This document shows positions 48,966 to 62,100 of a DNA stretch of 64,000 nt, one piece after another (the stretch's first letter is position 1; each line of letters starts with the position of its first letter). Under the pieces are notes generated by a model. It did no database searches and had not been told where the DNA came from. It saw nothing but the letters and a program-made list of their open reading frames with translations. Made by a program: the position numbers and the translations under genes. The stretch lies in NCBI GenBank assembly GCA_052426225.1, contig JBNJNM010000022.1:1-64000 (forward strand), in the 5' to 3' direction. The stretch is from Zancudomyces culisetae HAW-14-8. Its lineage: Eukaryota; Fungi; Kickxellomycota.

Positions 48966-50783
48966 TTATGAGCAAGATGAACTTTGGCAGGTAAATCTGA
49001 TATTCGCAAGTATGGCTGTTCCGGTAAACGGTGCAAAGGCCAATTTTTTTAATACGATATTCGAGATGTTGGCCTTTGCCTTCAACACACCGTCAATGTA
49101 TGTTTTCATTTGAGAATCTCCATAAACAATTTTGATTCCCTTCACACCAGCTCTATTAAGGAGTGTTGCTCTTTTTACTTGTGCGTACTTTCCTTTTTTG
49201 ATAGCGTAAACACCTGAACTTAATCCAAACTGTGCCTCAACTACACCATTTTTTGAATAATATCCATCACTATCCATCAGTGCAACAAACAAATCCGAAG
49301 TGGAGAAAACCTCTGCGTTCATTTCAAAAGAGCTTGAATCACATGGAATTGATATCTCTTGACTAAAATCATATTCCTTGTTTTTTGTTTTTGAAGCAAC
49401 AGATATATCTGAAATACTCGAGGTTGCAAGACATGAACTAGTGCTTGATGAGTCTGGAACATATGTAGGGGTAATGTCAACTGTATTGACAATTGTAGTA
49501 GTAATGGTAGAAGCCGATGTATTACAGGAGACTGAGTCATCTGTAGAATCACTTGAAGATGAAGTAGATGTTGAGCTGGTTGATGATGTTGAGCTGGTTG
49601 ATGGAGTTGAGCTGGTTGATGAGGTTGAGCCGGTTGAACTAGTTGAGCTGGTTGATGGGGTGGAGCTGGTTGATGGTGTTGAGCTGGTTGATGGGGTGGA
49701 GCTGGTTGATGGGGTGGAGCTGGTTGATGGGGTGGAGCTGGTTGATGGGGTGGAGCTGGTTGAACTAGTTGAGCTGGTTGAACTAGTTGAGCTGGTTGAT
49801 GATGTTGAGCTGGTTGATGGTGTTGAGCTGGTTGATGGTGTTGAGCTGGTTGATGAGGTTGAGCCGGTTGAACTAGTTGAGCTGGTTGAACTAGTTGAGC
49901 TGGTTGAACTAGTTGAGCTGGTTGATGGGGTTGAGCTGGTTGATGGGGTTGAGCTGGTTGATGGTGTTGATGGGGTTGAGCTGGTTGAACTAGTTGAGCT
50001 GGTTGATGAGGTTGAGCTGGTTGAACTAGTTGAGCTGGTTGATGAGGTTGAGGACGATACTCCACCATCGCAAACTCCAGGATTGTTACATGAGTATTGT
50101 ATGTTTGATATGCTCGCATTATCATGCTCGGCACCAAATGCTAGATAAACACTCTCGGAATTAGATAAAACATTGCTACTGTATTCATTTGAATTCAACG
50201 TAACAATTGATGTATTACTATCGGCGAGTCCTATGGTAATACCTTCATCACTAACCCGAATAATCACTTTTTTAGAGTTCGATGCTCCCGAGGCTACACT
50301 TGAATCTGAATAGTACGTGCTGGACCCAAGATACCATGTTCCAGTGTTTACCCCAATCACTCCTTCAACTACGTCTTTTCCATTAATAAGGGACTTTTCT
50401 GTGCTAAGTGCAAAGTAAATATCAGAAGTTTCACCTACTTCAAAAGACACAGAGTAGTCTTGGCTAGAACATGTAACATCAACGGCGTTGTTCCAATCAT
50501 ATGTAATCACAGAGTTATCTCCTGACCCGTTTTTAATAACCAATTCAGCAATAGAGTCGTTACAATTACTTTTAATAGAGCTCGTATCTCTCTTTTCAGC
50601 TTGTATCTTGTTTAGCTGTGCTAGCTCTAGCACACGATTTATACCATTATTATTACCAATGTTGAGAGCCTGATTATGCGCTTGTAAGTCTACCTCCATT
50701 AAGGGCTTACCATTCCTCGAAAGTGCCGATGCTGGATCCGCAACCATTAGCATAAATACGATTTCAAGTAAAGTTAATCTCAT
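48966..50783 (-). CDS. Secreted protein with two homologous beta-rich domains joined by a Ser/Thr/Pro linker
   Basis: Signal-like MRLTLLEIVFMLMVADPASA, EKR site, and an internally duplicated domain (YD..C..F/AEV..TSD..AL..VVE..G...LAF...NI...C). Confidence 0.88.
   Translation of the reverse strand: MRLTLLEIVFMLMVADPASALSRNGKPLMEVDLQAHNQALNIGNNNGINRVLELAQLNKIQAEKRDTSSIKSNCNDSIAELVIKNGSGDNSVITYDWNNAVDVTCSSQDYSVSFEVGETSDIYFALSTEKSLINGKDVVEGVIGVNTGTWYLGSSTYYSDSSVASGASNSKKVIIRVSDEGITIGLADSNTSIVTLNSNEYSSNVLSNSESVYLAFGAEHDNASISNIQYSCNNPGVCDGGVSSSTSSTSSTSSTSSTSSTSSTSSTSSTPSTPSTSSTPSTSSTPSTSSTSSTSSTSSTSSTSSTGSTSSTSSTPSTSSTPSTSSTSSTSSTSSTSSTSSTSSTPSTSSTPSTSSTPSTSSTPSTSSTPSTSSTPSTSSTSSTGSTSSTSSTPSTSSTSSTSSTSTSSSSDSTDDSVSCNTSASTITTTIVNTVDITPTYVPDSSSTSSCLATSSISDISVASKTKNKEYDFSQEISIPCDSSSFEMNAEVFSTSDLFVALMDSDGYYSKNGVVEAQFGLSSGVYAIKKGKYAQVKRATLLNRAGVKGIKIVYGDSQMKTYIDGVLKAKANISNIVLKKLAFAPFTGTAILANIRFTCQSSSCS
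49570..50052. repeat. 9/18-bp coding minisatellite (GAGCTGGTT..) encoding STS/STP
   Basis: Directly visible tandem array inside the 48966-50783 CDS. Confidence 0.95.
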
Positions 50784-52410
50784 TTTTTTGATTTTTTTGA
50801 TCAAAGTATTTTATAGTTGTATGATATAGCTAGTGAAGTGAGTATGTCGTGAATAAATGAGTAAATAAATGCAGCTATTGTGTTGAATTTGATATGATTA
50901 CCACCCAAAAGATAATAAAATAATGTTTAATAGACTATATTGCGAAGGAGTGCACAGCTCCTTATATACAAGCCTTGGTGAAGGTATTTGATTTCATGAT
51001 GCTAAAAATAATCAAATATTGTTAGCCTACTTTTTTTATGATCAATTGGATTGAAATTACTTTATTAGCATAATTTACCTTCTCGCATTTTTGCGAATTT
51101 CTAAAAATACAAATGTTTTTTTTTAGATTTTGAAAATACACATTTCTAATGTATTATATAAAGCAGATCTTTTAATAGGAAAAACTAATCAGTTTAAATA
51201 CCGGAGAAATAATAACCATCAAATAATTTAGCGTGTTTAGTATTAGATTAAGAAATCCCACAATTTTATACAACATGCTGTGTCCTAAGATCCATATAGT
51301 ATTTTAACAGATATAATTCCCTTTGATGAAAGTAAAAGCTTTGTAATGTGTTTGTAAAACGGTGAAGATTTTTTTTGAAGTCTGTTAACATACAAAAAAA
51401 AACTTAGTTTGTTTTACTTACAAGATGTCATTTTAGCAGCACTATAGCTTATCTGGCTCATAACGATTTGTAAAAGAGTTTAAATTTGAATTTTTGAGTA
51501 TTTTTGCTTTAGATATAAAGTATGGTTTATTACATAAAGGTTGTTGTAGTTATTAACATATAATTTCTTAAAATGAAAACAAGAAAGACTACTACTAAGT
51601 GTAAATTGGGTTTAGTTCTCCAGACAACTTGCTCTCCTGCTTCTAACAGTTCTCCGCCCCCCCCCCTTCCTTTTATCCAATTTTCTCATGGACTATGGTG
51701 AGATAAATATATAGTTAAATATGATAATATCTATAAAATAACCCTAAGTCTTGCCTTTGAATCAGCTATCTTCTCTACGTTTTTGTGCCTGTCCTATCAT
51801 AGGTATTATCCATACTACAGATGTTATTTGTGTTTGGATGCTAGTTGAACTACAGGTCCTTGTTTTTGTTGTTTGTTTTAAGCTGCACAAACTTCAACCC
51901 ATTTCACAGTTAAAATAAATTCTTGTGAAAATTCACCCACTTAGGGTCACTAAGATCATTGTTATACTTCGCTTTTAATTCTTTTTTTATAAGTAGTACA
52001 GAATTCGTTTTAAAGTATTGCACATTCATACTAGATAAAATCGGCAGATTTTCCGAAAAAATAGCATCAAAACAATAAAGGTAGAAAAAAAGGCGACAGT
52101 AAATACCGTACACTTGCACAAAGATATTATATTATATTATATCTTCAACATACATTTTGAATTGGATTAACGCAGATTTTGGTATTCATTGAAGTATCCC
52201 CGAGTTTTTCGGATCATTTAGCACAAACATATGCTAAAAATTACCTATTATCCTATTTGCGTAATCAATTCAAAATAGTAGGGCGCTGATCTCAAGAATA
52301 ACCTCCAAACTTTTAATTTAGCAAACTTTTATTCACGCCTAAAAAAAGAAAACTTAAAAAATATACATATTAAAGCATCTACAAAATCATCAACTTTATC
52401 TGATTTATTT

Positions 52411-52914
52411 TTAAGATGGGGCTGTATCTTTTTTTTTATCAGCCGGCTTCTTTGGTACTTTAACAGGAAAAGCACCAAGAGTCAGCCTTGTATCTCCACA
52501 TCGTAGAGTCGATACATAGGTTTTATGTAATTTCATCAATGCTTTCAAGTTGAAAAATTTGAGCTTTATCTTTGCCAATTGTGTATCGTTTCTGTAATTA
52601 TGTGCATCAACATAGAATATCCACCTGGAGCCTGTTTTAGTCCCCTGAAACATTTTCAAGTTAAATATTGCACCATCCTCAATTGTGCTAGACCCATCAT
52701 TTAACATTTGTTCCCAAGCAGCCAGCGATGATTTCGGAATTCGCTTAAAATTTTTTGGAACAGCTTTTCCAACGTTAACAGAGCACACAGCATTGTCCCT
52801 TGTCTTAAATTTTCCACAACTTACCCAGCCCTTGCTGTTATCACCACAATGAAGTTTTCCCAGCACTAGAGCTGTATAAAACAATAAAGACCCTATGAAG
52901 AGTGTAGCTTTCAT
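52411..52914 (-). CDS. Small secreted Lys-rich protein with four Cys, unknown family
   Basis: 167-aa ATG ORF, signal peptide MKATLFIGSLLFYTALVLG, upstream TATAAAA on the minus strand near 53058. Confidence 0.78.
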   Translation of the reverse strand: MKATLFIGSLLFYTALVLGKLHCGDNSKGWVSCGKFKTRDNAVCSVNVGKAVPKNFKRIPKSSLAAWEQMLNDGSSTIEDGAIFNLKMFQGTKTGSRWIFYVDAHNYRNDTQLAKIKLKFFNLKALMKLHKTYVSTLRCGDTRLTLGAFPVKVPKKPADKKKDTAPS

Positions 52915-54421
52915 ATTAACTCCAACTAATAAAATTATGTTTTAAAATATATTAAACTAAAAGTTCGTATTCGCTATTTTTAAATATAGAGTCCAGACGA
53001 TATAAACAGCAGTGTATATTACAACAATTTGAATAAGGTTAAACCGACTGTCTTTTATACTACATTGCACCTCTATTTAAATTACTTAAATGCAATCTAC
53101 ATCCTGCCCTGATACATGGTTTGTATTTGCTATTAGTAAAATACATAAAACCATTCCTGAATTTTGGTTCTAGAAAATGGGGTAAATCACAGATAAATGT
53201 CCTAGACCCTCTTTTATTTCAAACTTGAAATTTCCTTTGGACGAACTTCATTTCCCCGTTTGTTTTATTTGTAAAAAAATACTAAAATTCTAGTTAAGCA
53301 TATGTTTTTGCTCCTTATGGAGGAAAATCTGGAATTTATATAACCCTTCTCCTCATTTACTCTTCTCTTTAAATTGGTTTTTAATGGGCCGCGATTATCT
53401 AGTAAATGAAAATCATTTCCGTGCTTGTTTGATCTCTTGTTACTTCAAAATACTTTCCTTATAAAAGAGGAAAATATTCAATAAACTTGGTTGAACACGC
53501 TATGCTCTAGATTTTACTGTGTGTTTATTAGCCTATACAAATCAGTGGAGTAGGTATATAAAAGCTAACACCCAATGACACTTACTTTGCCTTTTGGTTT
53601 TTAGAGACTCAGCAGTTTATTTAATTTTTTATAAAAACGGGGTTAGACATTATTGGGTTATGAAATGTGTTCCAAAAATTTTACCCCCCCCCTCCTCCTT
53701 TATAAACTGTTTTGTATACAAACACCGAGTGCCTAGTACTCTACCATTAGCTTGGAGAGTTAATAACAATCGATCCTTTTCTATTTCATTTTAAATGGCA
53801 ATGGTATCAAAGCACGTTTTTCAACCTGAAATAACTACAAAGCGTTAAGACGTTAGCAAACTCAACCCATTCAATATGTAACTCACCAAAAAAACATTTG
53901 TTTAGGAAAAATATATCATGTATATACATTTTAAAGCTACAGCAAAGTGTTTATATATACTTTGTTCCTTACTTAATAAATTTAGTAAATAAATAATACA
54001 TAAAACACAAAAAATAATCCTATGCAATGTTTATCTAATCAATTCCTTCCCGTCTTGCTAAGGATTCCATATTTTCCAGGTGTTAGTTTAAAGAAAGCCT
54101 TATACCTAACTGGCTTAGTTGTTTTGTTGAAGAAAAACAATTTGTCATCAATTATGTAATACGCGTCTATTTATTTGGTAACCATAATCGTTTTTTACTT
54201 TGTAAATGTGCCTTGTTCGAGTTAAAGAAGGGCTAGTGTTTAATGTTTTTAAATTCAAATTATCAACTATTTACCACTCTAAAGCTTTCTACTTAACATT
54301 TATAATAAGCATTTTATTATATCCAACCCTCTAAATACACCGAATATACTTAAATCCAGGATCCTGGGTTTAATTCAACTACATTTAAACATCAACTTTT
54401 TAAAGATTTAAATGATTTTAA

Positions 54422-55930
54422 ATGACAAAACAAGATCCCTTGAAAAAAGAAATTGAACAAAGAATTTGGGAGGGTTCTATACCAATAAAATTGAGCCTTG
54501 CTCCCGCAGATATCGTTGAGCTCACGGCCACTACAACACTCCCAGAACCATTTCAATCATACTTTGTAAGTTATATTTGTTCTTACCGCGGTTATCTTGC
54601 ATTGTTTATAATAAGAAGAGCGAATTTTGTCGGTATTCCAAAAAAGTAAAAAAAAAGACAAATCAGATTTCCACTAGAATGGATAGCGATTAACAAACTA
54701 AAGATTAATAATATTGGAAAACAAATCTACAAAATAGATTTTGGGGCCTAGAACAGGGTATTTTCCGTTTTTAATAAATAAAATAAGAACCGAATGGATT
54801 GTACCGCTGCTAACATTAGGTATCAGGAATCGACCAGGTCTAGGAAATCAAGAAAATGATGGTACAGATAAGGGCAACATGGGTATCAATGATGAGGATA
54901 TATGGTTTGAATATAATGGAATCCCGATAAAATGGTCAGTATGTAAACTATTTCCATCTTGATAATTTTTTCTATACGCAATCCAGTACCATGCAAAAGG
55001 AAAACGTATAAATCTTCAGAGTAATATATTAGGCACTATCCAATCGGACTTCTTTATGACATTATGGTTGCCATAGATGATAAAAAAAAACGGATACTTG
55101 GGGAAAAAGAGTCTGCATTAGAATTGGCGATTAACAATTACTATGACACTAAGCAAATGAAAGCCAAAGATAGTACCACATGGGATTTAGTTCTTCATTT
55201 AAAAAAATATCCGCTAGAAAAACTAATACGCAACCCGACGGTCAAAAATTGCAAAGAACTTTTTATGTCATTATTAAAAGAGGCGGATTTTGTAAGATTT
55301 GGGTCGACTAATCGAGCAACCGAGCTGTCAAAGAGTGATCAATTAATGTTACTAGATGGAATGGAAAATAGAGATATAGCAACATTCCAGACAATGAATA
55401 GGCTTCATGGCAGTGCAGGAATAGACTGGAACTCATCAAAACCTTATATAGGCGGGTTAAGAGGAGATCGAGGGTTGGAAAACTTACCTAAAGCGATTCC
55501 TGTACGATGCTATGTGGCTGGACCAGATTTATCAGCACCTGACGCGTACGAAATTTTTCAGGCACCTATTCTGATCAACAATTTCTCTACTAGCTCGAGC
55601 CCCATACCCGATGGAAACGCACCGCCATTCAGCTGGACCACACTAGGGGAGGCAGTTTACTCGATCTTAAAGGATAGAAATGTACTAGATACCGAGGATG
55701 ATTTAGCTTCCAGCGAAATTCAAACGTTTGCAAGTTTAGGTTCTGAAAGTCACCCTTCCTTTTCAAACTCTCCACACCATACCAAAACCAGCAGACCTCA
55801 GTGGACCCAAAAATGGAAATGTATTATCCAAGGGATTTCTCCTTCATGGGATACACCATTACTTTGGATTTCCGATAATCTCTCATATCCTGATAATTTC
55901 ATCCATATTGTTTTGATTGGAATAAGCTGA
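54422..55930 (+). CDS. ATG5: Autophagy protein 5; exons 54422-54565, 54738-54934, 55033-55930
   Basis: IWEGSIP, PR..Y.P, WFEYNGIPIKW|HYPIGLLYD restored by GT-AG splicing, LKEADF.R.GS, LSYPDNFIHIV. Confidence 0.96.
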
Positions 55931-56957
55931 TGCATCTCTTTTTAGTAGCCACCTTATCCTATTGTACCTTTTTGCTTTTTATATTATTTTATATTATTGT
56001 AATTTATCAGAATTCATACACTATTGAGTAGTATACTGCAGCTGTTTATAGGCACTGATGATTGGGCAACAAGCAAATTTGGTATTTTAACATCAAAACG
56101 TCTCCAGTAGACTGCACTAGTAGCACTACAACTAAAAACAGTTTGTTTGCAAAAATGTAAACATATTTGAATTTATACACGAATATTGGATTGCATTTAA
56201 ACAGAGTCTGGTGCTAATTGCTTACAGCCTTGCTAAAAAAAAAAATAAAGCACTGTTTAACTTGTAATTTTTTTTATATCAAAATCGCGCAGCAATATAA
56301 ATTAGGCAAATAAAATATTCAATTCTAATGCTTGTAGTTCAAGGCTTTGAAAAACAAGTTAGCTGACTTGCGCTGCGAAAATTTACATTGCATACCAATA
56401 TAACTTTGTTAAAAGCACGGGTGAAAAAAAAAAATCAAACTGGAACCACTGCTTTTAACACAAAATATGACTAAAGCTTCAAAGCATAAACATCCATAGT
56501 TTCATTTTTCTTCATGTTTTCTATACAGTGTAGCTGCAGAAATGGCTTTAAAGTCGATGTAATATGTATATTCAGATTTATATATACACAACAATGGGTA
56601 TTACTGTCTGTTTTGTTTGCTGTTTGCTGGAAGGGGGCGCAAGACGAGTCAATATTTACACAGCAAAAATGCAAAATGCACCTGTTCTTGTTCTTGCACT
56701 TATTCACAATATTGCTTTCCTATTTTTTAAAATTCTGCGGCTTTAATTGGTGCAGTATTCTAACACTACCAATTTAGGTACAAAAAAATTTTTTTCTATT
56801 GGAGAACTTGCAAAAACTCATCATATTAATCTAGAAAGCTTTGCAATTGGCATAAAGGTGACAAGAAAAAAACAGGAGCCGTTATTAAAAGGGAAATTGC
56901 TGAATTTCAGGTACATGTTCATAAATCTTGTAACATTCAAAAGTGATATAGATATAA

Positions 56958-59114
56958 ATGGTTATAATGGCAAACAAAGCTTCGGACCATCAACCAGCCC
57001 CAGTGTTTTATTTTGACGTGGTGGGTGATTATGAAAAAACCGACAAAAGTCCTAAAGGTCGCGAAGATCGGGTAGCGTATAGCACTACAAATTATCTAAA
57101 GACTCCAATCGGTTCAAATCCGCAAAAGTATAACAGTAAAGTTGAAGATGGAATGACTGTGAACAGAGACACAAATTTGAACGGAGCCTCAAAAAAAGGT
57201 CAAAGCAAAATACAAGGAAAAGGAAAAAAGAGAAATGGCGGAAAATGGAATGAGAAGGAAAGCAGCAGAGAGGTTATGGGAAGTGGGGTGGTATACGAAA
57301 ATACTTTGAAAATTGGCGGTGTTACGCTGATGCTTGATAACAACGTCAGCAGTAAAACCAATTCTTATGGTGCTAAAGCTGGAACCAAATCTCAAAGAAA
57401 TACTATAGTAAATAACAAAAACAACAAAAAAAACACAAACAGAATCCAAAAACAGCCTACAAGTCGTTCCTTTTCGCAGAACAACTACGTTAATGAGTAT
57501 CCTATTGGTGTTATTGAATTTGACTACGAAAATGAAAAAAACACCAACAGAATGCAAAAACAGTCTACAAGTCACTATACCTCGGAAAGCAAGTACATTA
57601 ATGAGTATCCCATTGGTGGTATTGAAATTGAATATGATTCCCTTGAACTGGGCACTCCATCTAAAGCTGTTGATACTGAAGAAGAAATGTCACTTCAGGA
57701 TTACATTGATGTAAGTTTGTCTTTTTGTATTTGTGTATATGTGTGTGTGTATCTGTATACTAGATAAATTATAGTATAATATTTATTTTGATAAGGTATC
57801 TAAAAGGCAGTTTTTAACTGGGAATGATCAAAGATATAATTAACTTGGTGGTATTTGGTATTTTAGAATATTCTATCAAGTGATGCTGAGGGTGAAAATG
57901 AGGATCAAGAAACAAAAGAGCGAAGACTCAGAAGATTCATTAATAGAATGAGCCTGACTTATGATATGGACGCATTGAACTATGATGAGGAAGATGAGGT
58001 TAATGGATACTTTGATGATACTAGTGATTATGATGATGATGATGATGATGATGATGATCACGACGATGATGACGATGGTTATTATCTTGGAATGAGTGGA
58101 TATTCTGTATCTGTCAGTGATGATGACGACGACGAAATATATGCTCAAATCGAACAAGTGTTGGGTGAAAAACTGTTGAATCCTACAGGAAAATTGAAGG
58201 CTCGAGATTTGGTGGAGTCTCTGAACAACAAAAAACAAAGCGAGAGGCTTGGAAAGAAGAAAAATCAACAAAGCGCTGGTAAGAATCAGAAGCAGCAACG
58301 AAACCAAAGTGAAAGACAAACTAAAATTCAAGATAAAGGCAATAAAAAATCTAAGGAGTTTGTGGATCTAGGCAGGAGAGGAGCAAAGGCAAACAAAAAG
58401 GATAAGTCTAAATCAAAAATCAAAAAGATGGGCATGCAAGACTTGAAATTGGTACATAAAAAGATCAAACAGTTTGCACGAAACAAACGTGTTGATGAAA
58501 GCTGGTTATGGCCTATGGAAAAACGTGATCGGCGGTTGGTTCATGCATTGGCCAGTGAGTACAATATTAAAACTAGTTCTAGGGGTCAAAGCAATGATCG
58601 GTTTACGATTTTGATGCGTACAGAATTTACCACAGAGCAACCTAGAAACATCAGGAAGATTGAAAGGTTGTTGCAGATGGTGGATAGAAGAGAGGAACAT
58701 AGACTGGAGGATGAATTATCAAGGTGGAAACCATATGTCAAAAAAGTAAAGGGTAAGTTGTTCATTTTGTTATTTTATGTATTTCTAACTCTGTGATATA
58801 TTAAAGGCAAAAAAAAAGAATGAAAATGTATGAAAAGTTGCAGTGTTCAGTTTCAAAATAAAAAACAAAAATGCTTGGATTGCCAACTATTTATAACTAA
58901 CAAAATAATTTGATATAATTACATTAAAAAATCGCAAATAGTCGGACAAGAGGTTGGGGAAGGAGCTCAAAGTATTGGAGGATCCAACAAGGGTCACCAG
59001 CTACTGTCAAAGCTAGGATGGACACCAGGAAACAGCCTAGGTGCAACTGGGGACGGTATAGTAGACCCCATCAAAGTAGTGATTAGGCAACCAAGGCGTG
59101 GGTTAGGTCTGTGA
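56958..59114 (+). CDS. SQS1: SQS1/PFA1-like R3H and G-patch protein; exons 56958-57710, 57867-58752, 58942-59114
   Basis: LQDYID|NIL junction, R3H motif PMEKRDRRLVHALASEYNIKTSSRG, terminal G-patch SNKGHQLLSKLGWTPGNSLGATGDGIVDPI..RRGLGL*, GTAAGT donors. Confidence 0.85.
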
Positions 59115-62100
59115 TAAAACAGAGTCAATATAGTTTAGTATGTTGTGGGTTTGAGTTTCGACTTTGCCATGCATAGAATATTTGGGCGTATTACCTCCAC
59201 CATTATTGTCGCTGATACTGTTAGTGGGAATAATTTTACTGCTGCCATTCTCGGCGCCGTTCTTATCCTTGTTGCTGTTATAATTATTGAAAGTAAATGG
59301 TGACAGAGTTGGCAAAAGATAGCGCCTATTGAAAGTAGCTTTGGACCATCCAAATTGCAAATCCAAGTTTGGCTGTTCCAAGTAAGAGTTTTTAACCAGC
59401 TGGTAGTGCAAATTGCTCGACAATTCGAAATCTTCATTTTCATTATGTTCAATGTTATCTTTTAATAAATCTCCACAGCTTGTAGAAAAGCTGCCAGTCA
59501 ATTCAGATCTGATTTTAACCAAAGAATCGAATAAAGTCGAGTCAAAGTACGGCTTAAACCACCATTCCATTGCCAAAGTGCGATCACAATAGTTAGACTC
59601 ATGGTTGACATTTAATGAATCTAATGATGGCTCGACACTCTTTTCGAGAGTCTCATCGGAACTGGATTGCTTTTTGGTATTTATAGCATCGAAGCATTCG
59701 GGATAAGACGAAAATAAAGTTGTATCCATAATCAGCTTCAAATGATGCTGAGCTATGTGCAAATTGAGATTTTTTGAGCTTTCATACTCGAATGTGTGGA
59801 CTTGAGTTTGCAGTTGATTGCTTTGTCTGCTCTTATCATAAGATGTAATCAACTCAATATCTAGATCCAAATAAATACAGCCCAAAATGAACCTGGATGC
59901 TGCCAAGGTGTAATGGTCTAATTTTATCAAGCCTGACAATCGCAAACACCTGACTGCAAATATCCGTGCCAGTTTTGTATAGTTGACATACTGACAGGTT
60001 AACTCGGTTAGAAAAGTCGACTGGGAATCACGCAGAGCCTTTTCTGTATATATTTTTTTGGAAACTAGCCTTGAAAGATGATTATAAGCATAAGCTTTAA
60101 GAGTCAGCAATAAAGCCAAATCATCAGAGTAGTAAGCATGACGATAACAAAATACATCGTTTTTATAGTTACCACTATATGAAACGTCCTTGTTGTCATT
60201 CTCCAGCCACGCCTTGGTGATGGTTTGGATACTAATTCTACCAAACTCTCCGAGCGCCAAAGATTCGTCAACATAAGCAGTAGACTTGTTGACATCGCCA
60301 AAATCAACACTTGTATCGCCATCAACATCAGTTCTTGATGGAGGGGATATTGATAGCAAAGATTCCAGTTCACTATTGACTTGGAGGACAAGCTCATCTA
60401 CGGTTTTTTGGCTCATTTTAGGAATACAATTATAAATCAACAACAATTCCAACCCTGGTCTCATCAGATACTTTTTTTGTAGAAAGAACTTTTTGGATTT
60501 TCGAGTAACATATTTTTCTGCAGGAACTGTTTTTCCGGCTATTTTCTTTTTTAATTTTTCTACAGATTCAAACAATTCACAAATATCATTAAACATTTTT
60601 TTTAGTGTGGATAGGTCAGTGGAGTGGTTCTTAGTCTTAGATAGCTCAAGATATTTCTCCCACCTGCACACAGCCACACAATAAGTATATACTGCTGTGC
60701 TCCATCGACTCTGTGTTCTCAATACCTCAAATCCTTCACAAGCTTCCTCCCATCTCCTCATGCCTAACAACACCAACGATTTCTGCCATACTCCTAAATG
60801 CGTCATTTTAATCCACCCATCATTTATTTTTGCATTTACATTTTCGTTTTGTTTTACAGAACCCATTCTTTCAGAATTTTGGCCACTGCTGGCCACAAAG
60901 GAGTATAATTGTATCGCATTTTCTGACCTCTGCTCCAACTCCTCAATCCTGCCTGCAAAAAAATTAATGAGATGGCTATTTGGAAATTCGGTCACTTGTT
61001 CCTCAATAATTTTTTTGGCAAACTCAACCCCATTACGTTCTCTGATACAGGATTCAGGACACACAACTGTATAAAACCCTAACAATACCAAGTAACTCAG
61101 TTGCGATCTCAGTCCTCTTTTTCTGTCAAAAACATTATCTTTCTCCTCTTCAATCTCCTCCATTGCCGTGAAAAATGTATTTATAGATGATGTGGATGAT
61201 CTCGATGATAGTGATGCCGAATCGTTACAATCACTACTGCCAGTATAGTCATTTGAAATATTTCCCCTCTCAAAGTCAATATCCATGTTTTTATATATCT
61301 CTCTATAGTTGTAAACATTAGCAGATTTTGCTAACAAGTCCAGCCCAACCTCCCTGCTTCCTGATAACCCAAGAAGCGAAACCATCTTTAGTACTCTTTT
61401 GGGCAGCATACTCATAACTATGTTGAATATCCCTACTCCTAAATACACCCCACTGATATATTCGTCATCTATTTGCTTATATATATCGTTTTCTTCTTGA
61501 GTTTGAAATGCCCATTTTAAAAACCGATAGCTTTCCTTGTATATTGAAATTGCAGTTTTTATGTTCCACCCTTCCTTCAAGAACCCCAATATTCCCTCGT
61601 TAATTACAATGTTTGCAACTGCCTTCATCAATATTCCCTCTGCACAAATCAATTCTGCATGCCGCTGTTCAATACTCATTGCTCTAAGTCTACCATATAT
61701 CGCCTCTTCACTCGATCCTAGTGCTGTTGACGAGGCGGCTATCACTGCACCGCTTATCATATTAACCCCTGACACCATCATTCCATAAAACGCCCCTGCT
61801 ATCCCAGCCCCTTTTGTGCTCTCCTTCCCCTTCACTACTTTGCCATGAGCCGTTTTGCGCCTTTTCTGTGCCTTATCAACAAGCTGTGTGCTGGCTCTAA
61901 AGGTTTCTTCAAGTATACTTCTGTCGAAGGTAACCATTGCTTTCACTAGTTGTATCATTGCATAGCCCTCTAATATGTATATATTATCTTCGTCCATTCT
62001 CGCTCTGAATATTTTTTCAGAATCTTCATATTTTGCATTTATAAAGAGTTTCAAAGAGTCATAGGCATCTAACAGTCCCTGAATCTCCTTTTTTTGATAT

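Noticed and set aside
48865-49113. Actin-like string PVNGAKAN...FNTPSMYVFI
   Set aside because: It lies antisense to the second domain of 48966-50783, which is supported by its internal paralog. No other actin motif flanks it, so I treat it as coincidence.
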